A DNA stretch of 64,000 nt from an uncultured Gemmataceae bacterium (GTDB lineage Bacteria; Planctomycetota; Planctomycetia; Gemmatales; Gemmataceae), in contig CAVVPN010000011.1 of NCBI GenBank assembly GCA_963750165.1, positions 544,001 through 608,000 on the forward strand, in the 5' to 3' direction. A program made the position numbers and the translations under genes. This document shows, piece by piece, positions 62,677 through 64,000 of the stretch. Under the pieces are notes generated by a model, which ran no database searches, was not told the origin of the DNA, and was given only the letters and a program-made list of their open reading frames with translations. Position 1 is the stretch's first letter, and each line of letters begins with the position of its first letter.

Positions 62677-64000
62677 ATGTCCGCCGATGACTTTTCACGC
62701 CGCGACTTCCTCGCCACGAGCGCCGCCGGCCTCACTTTAGCCCCGGCCCGGGCGGGCGACGACAAACAACCCCGGCCGCGCAGCTCACCGCCGCCACGGC
62801 CCGCCAAGGCCAAGCGCCGCCTCGCCGTGGTCACGACGGCGTACCACTACCTGTCGCATGCGTACCACATCTGCGGCCGTTTCCTGCACGGCTACCTGCG
62901 CAACGGCCAGATGCACTACCCGGACTGGCAGATCGCCGGCATGTACGTCGATCAGCCGAAGCACGCCGGCGACCTGAGCGCGGAGCTGGCGCAGCGGCAC
63001 GGCTTCACGCGCTACGGCACCGTGGCCGGGGCGCTGACGCTCGGCGGCGACAAACTGGCCGTGGATGGCGTGCTGCTGATCGGCGAGCACGGCAACTATC
63101 CGTACAACGACCGCGGCCAGAAACTGTACCCGCGCTACGAACTCTTCCAGCGCATCGTCGAGGTCTTCGAGAAGTCCAAGCGGACTGTCCCTGTCTTCAA
63201 CGACAAGCATTTCTCCTACAGCCGCAAGCACGCCTTCGCAATGACGGCGACCGCCCGCAAGCTCGGCATCCCGCTGTACGCCGGCAGCAGCCTACCGGTC
63301 ACCTGGCGGCGGCCGGAGTTGGAACTGCCGCTGAACGTGCGCCTCACCGACGCCCTGGTGGCGTCGCGCGGCGAGCTGGAGATTTACGGCTTCCACGCGC
63401 TGGAGGCGCTGCAGTGCATGGTCGAGCGGCGGCGGAACGGCCAGCAGGGCGTGACTGCCGTGCGCTGCCTGGAGGGTGACGCGGTGTGGAAGGCGGGCGA
63501 CGCGGGCGTCTGGTCGTGGGAGCTGCTGGAGCACGCGCTGGGGCGCACGCCGTCGCTGAACGTCGGCGACGTGCGCGACAACTGCCGCCATTACAGGCCG
63601 CCAGCCGGCCGGCCGACGTTCCCGCGCGCCCCGGTCGCGTTCGTGGTCGAGTACCGCGACGGCCTGCGGGCGACGGCGCTGCTGCTCAACGGCCACCTCG
63701 ACGACACCTGCTTCGCGGCCCGCATCGCGGGTGAGAAGCGGCCGGTTTCGACGCAGTTTTATCTGCCGCCGCCTCCCGGAGCGTCGTTCCTGCAGGCGCT
63801 GGCGATGAAGATCGAGGGCTTCCTGGCGAGCGGGCGGCCGCCCTACCCCGTTGAGCGCACGCTGCTGACCAACGGCATTCTCGACGCGTCGCTGGAGTCG
63901 CGCGTCAAGGGCCAGCAGCGACTGCTGACACCGGAGCTGGACGTGTCGTATGACCCGCCGAAGGACTCGGGGTTCATGCGCGGGGACGCGACCAACCCAG
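62677..64000 (+). CDS. Tat-exported hypothetical oxidoreductase-like protein (runs off the window end)
   Basis: SRRDFL Tat motif, LAVDGVLLIGEHGNYP, FNDKH, AGSSLP and YGFHALE. No stop before 64000, so it is missing from the ORF track. Confidence 0.8.
   Translation, partial: MSADDFSRRDFLATSAAGLTLAPARAGDDKQPRPRSSPPPRPAKAKRRLAVVTTAYHYLSHAYHICGRFLHGYLRNGQMHYPDWQIAGMYVDQPKHAGDLSAELAQRHGFTRYGTVAGALTLGGDKLAVDGVLLIGEHGNYPYNDRGQKLYPRYELFQRIVEVFEKSKRTVPVFNDKHFSYSRKHAFAMTATARKLGIPLYAGSSLPVTWRRPELELPLNVRLTDALVASRGELEIYGFHALEALQCMVERRRNGQQGVTAVRCLEGDAVWKAGDAGVWSWELLEHALGRTPSLNVGDVRDNCRHYRPPAGRPTFPRAPVAFVVEYRDGLRATALLLNGHLDDTCFAARIAGEKRPVSTQFYLPPPPGASFLQALAMKIEGFLASGRPPYPVERTLLTNGILDASLESRVKGQQRLLTPELDVSYDPPKDSGFMRGDATNP

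Overview
GC-rich bacterial chromosomal window whose gene content points to a Planctomycetota (Gemmataceae-like) genome: fused double UvrA, DUF4058, Uma2 and DUF4365 proteins, several Ser/Thr kinases, an ECF sigma/anti-sigma pair, a VIT-vWA protein and Tat-exported proteins. It holds about 45 genes, including metY-metX, uvrA, accA, kptA, pepA, aroF, a Zn/metal-uptake-like cluster and three tandem serpins. About eight genes are split by single frameshifts, which looks like consensus/assembly error rather than decay. I found no rRNA, tRNA, CRISPR array, transposase or reverse transcriptase. The most interesting signals are absent from the ORF track. (1) Upstream of the DAHP synthase gene aroF is a complete ribosome-mediated attenuator: the leader peptide MQSLVSRFWFYFTPLLGVRM has Phe-Trp-Phe-Tyr-Phe control codons, followed by an antiterminator and a terminator. 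(2) Directly upstream of that is a ~220-nt structured transcript with a sigma70-type promoter, a 13-nt anti-16S Shine-Dalgarno, a 10-codon ORF and its own terminator. (3) A kinase-TM-FGE (C-type lectin fold) gene has a 3' end that looks like a remote diversity-generating-retroelement target. (4) There are several REP/MITE families, including two MITEs inserted at the equivalent site of both arms of one REP doublet, and palindromes inserted in frame inside uvrA and a hydrolase gene. (5) The three serpins have divergent reactive-centre loops. All product calls come from motif recognition, not database searches.
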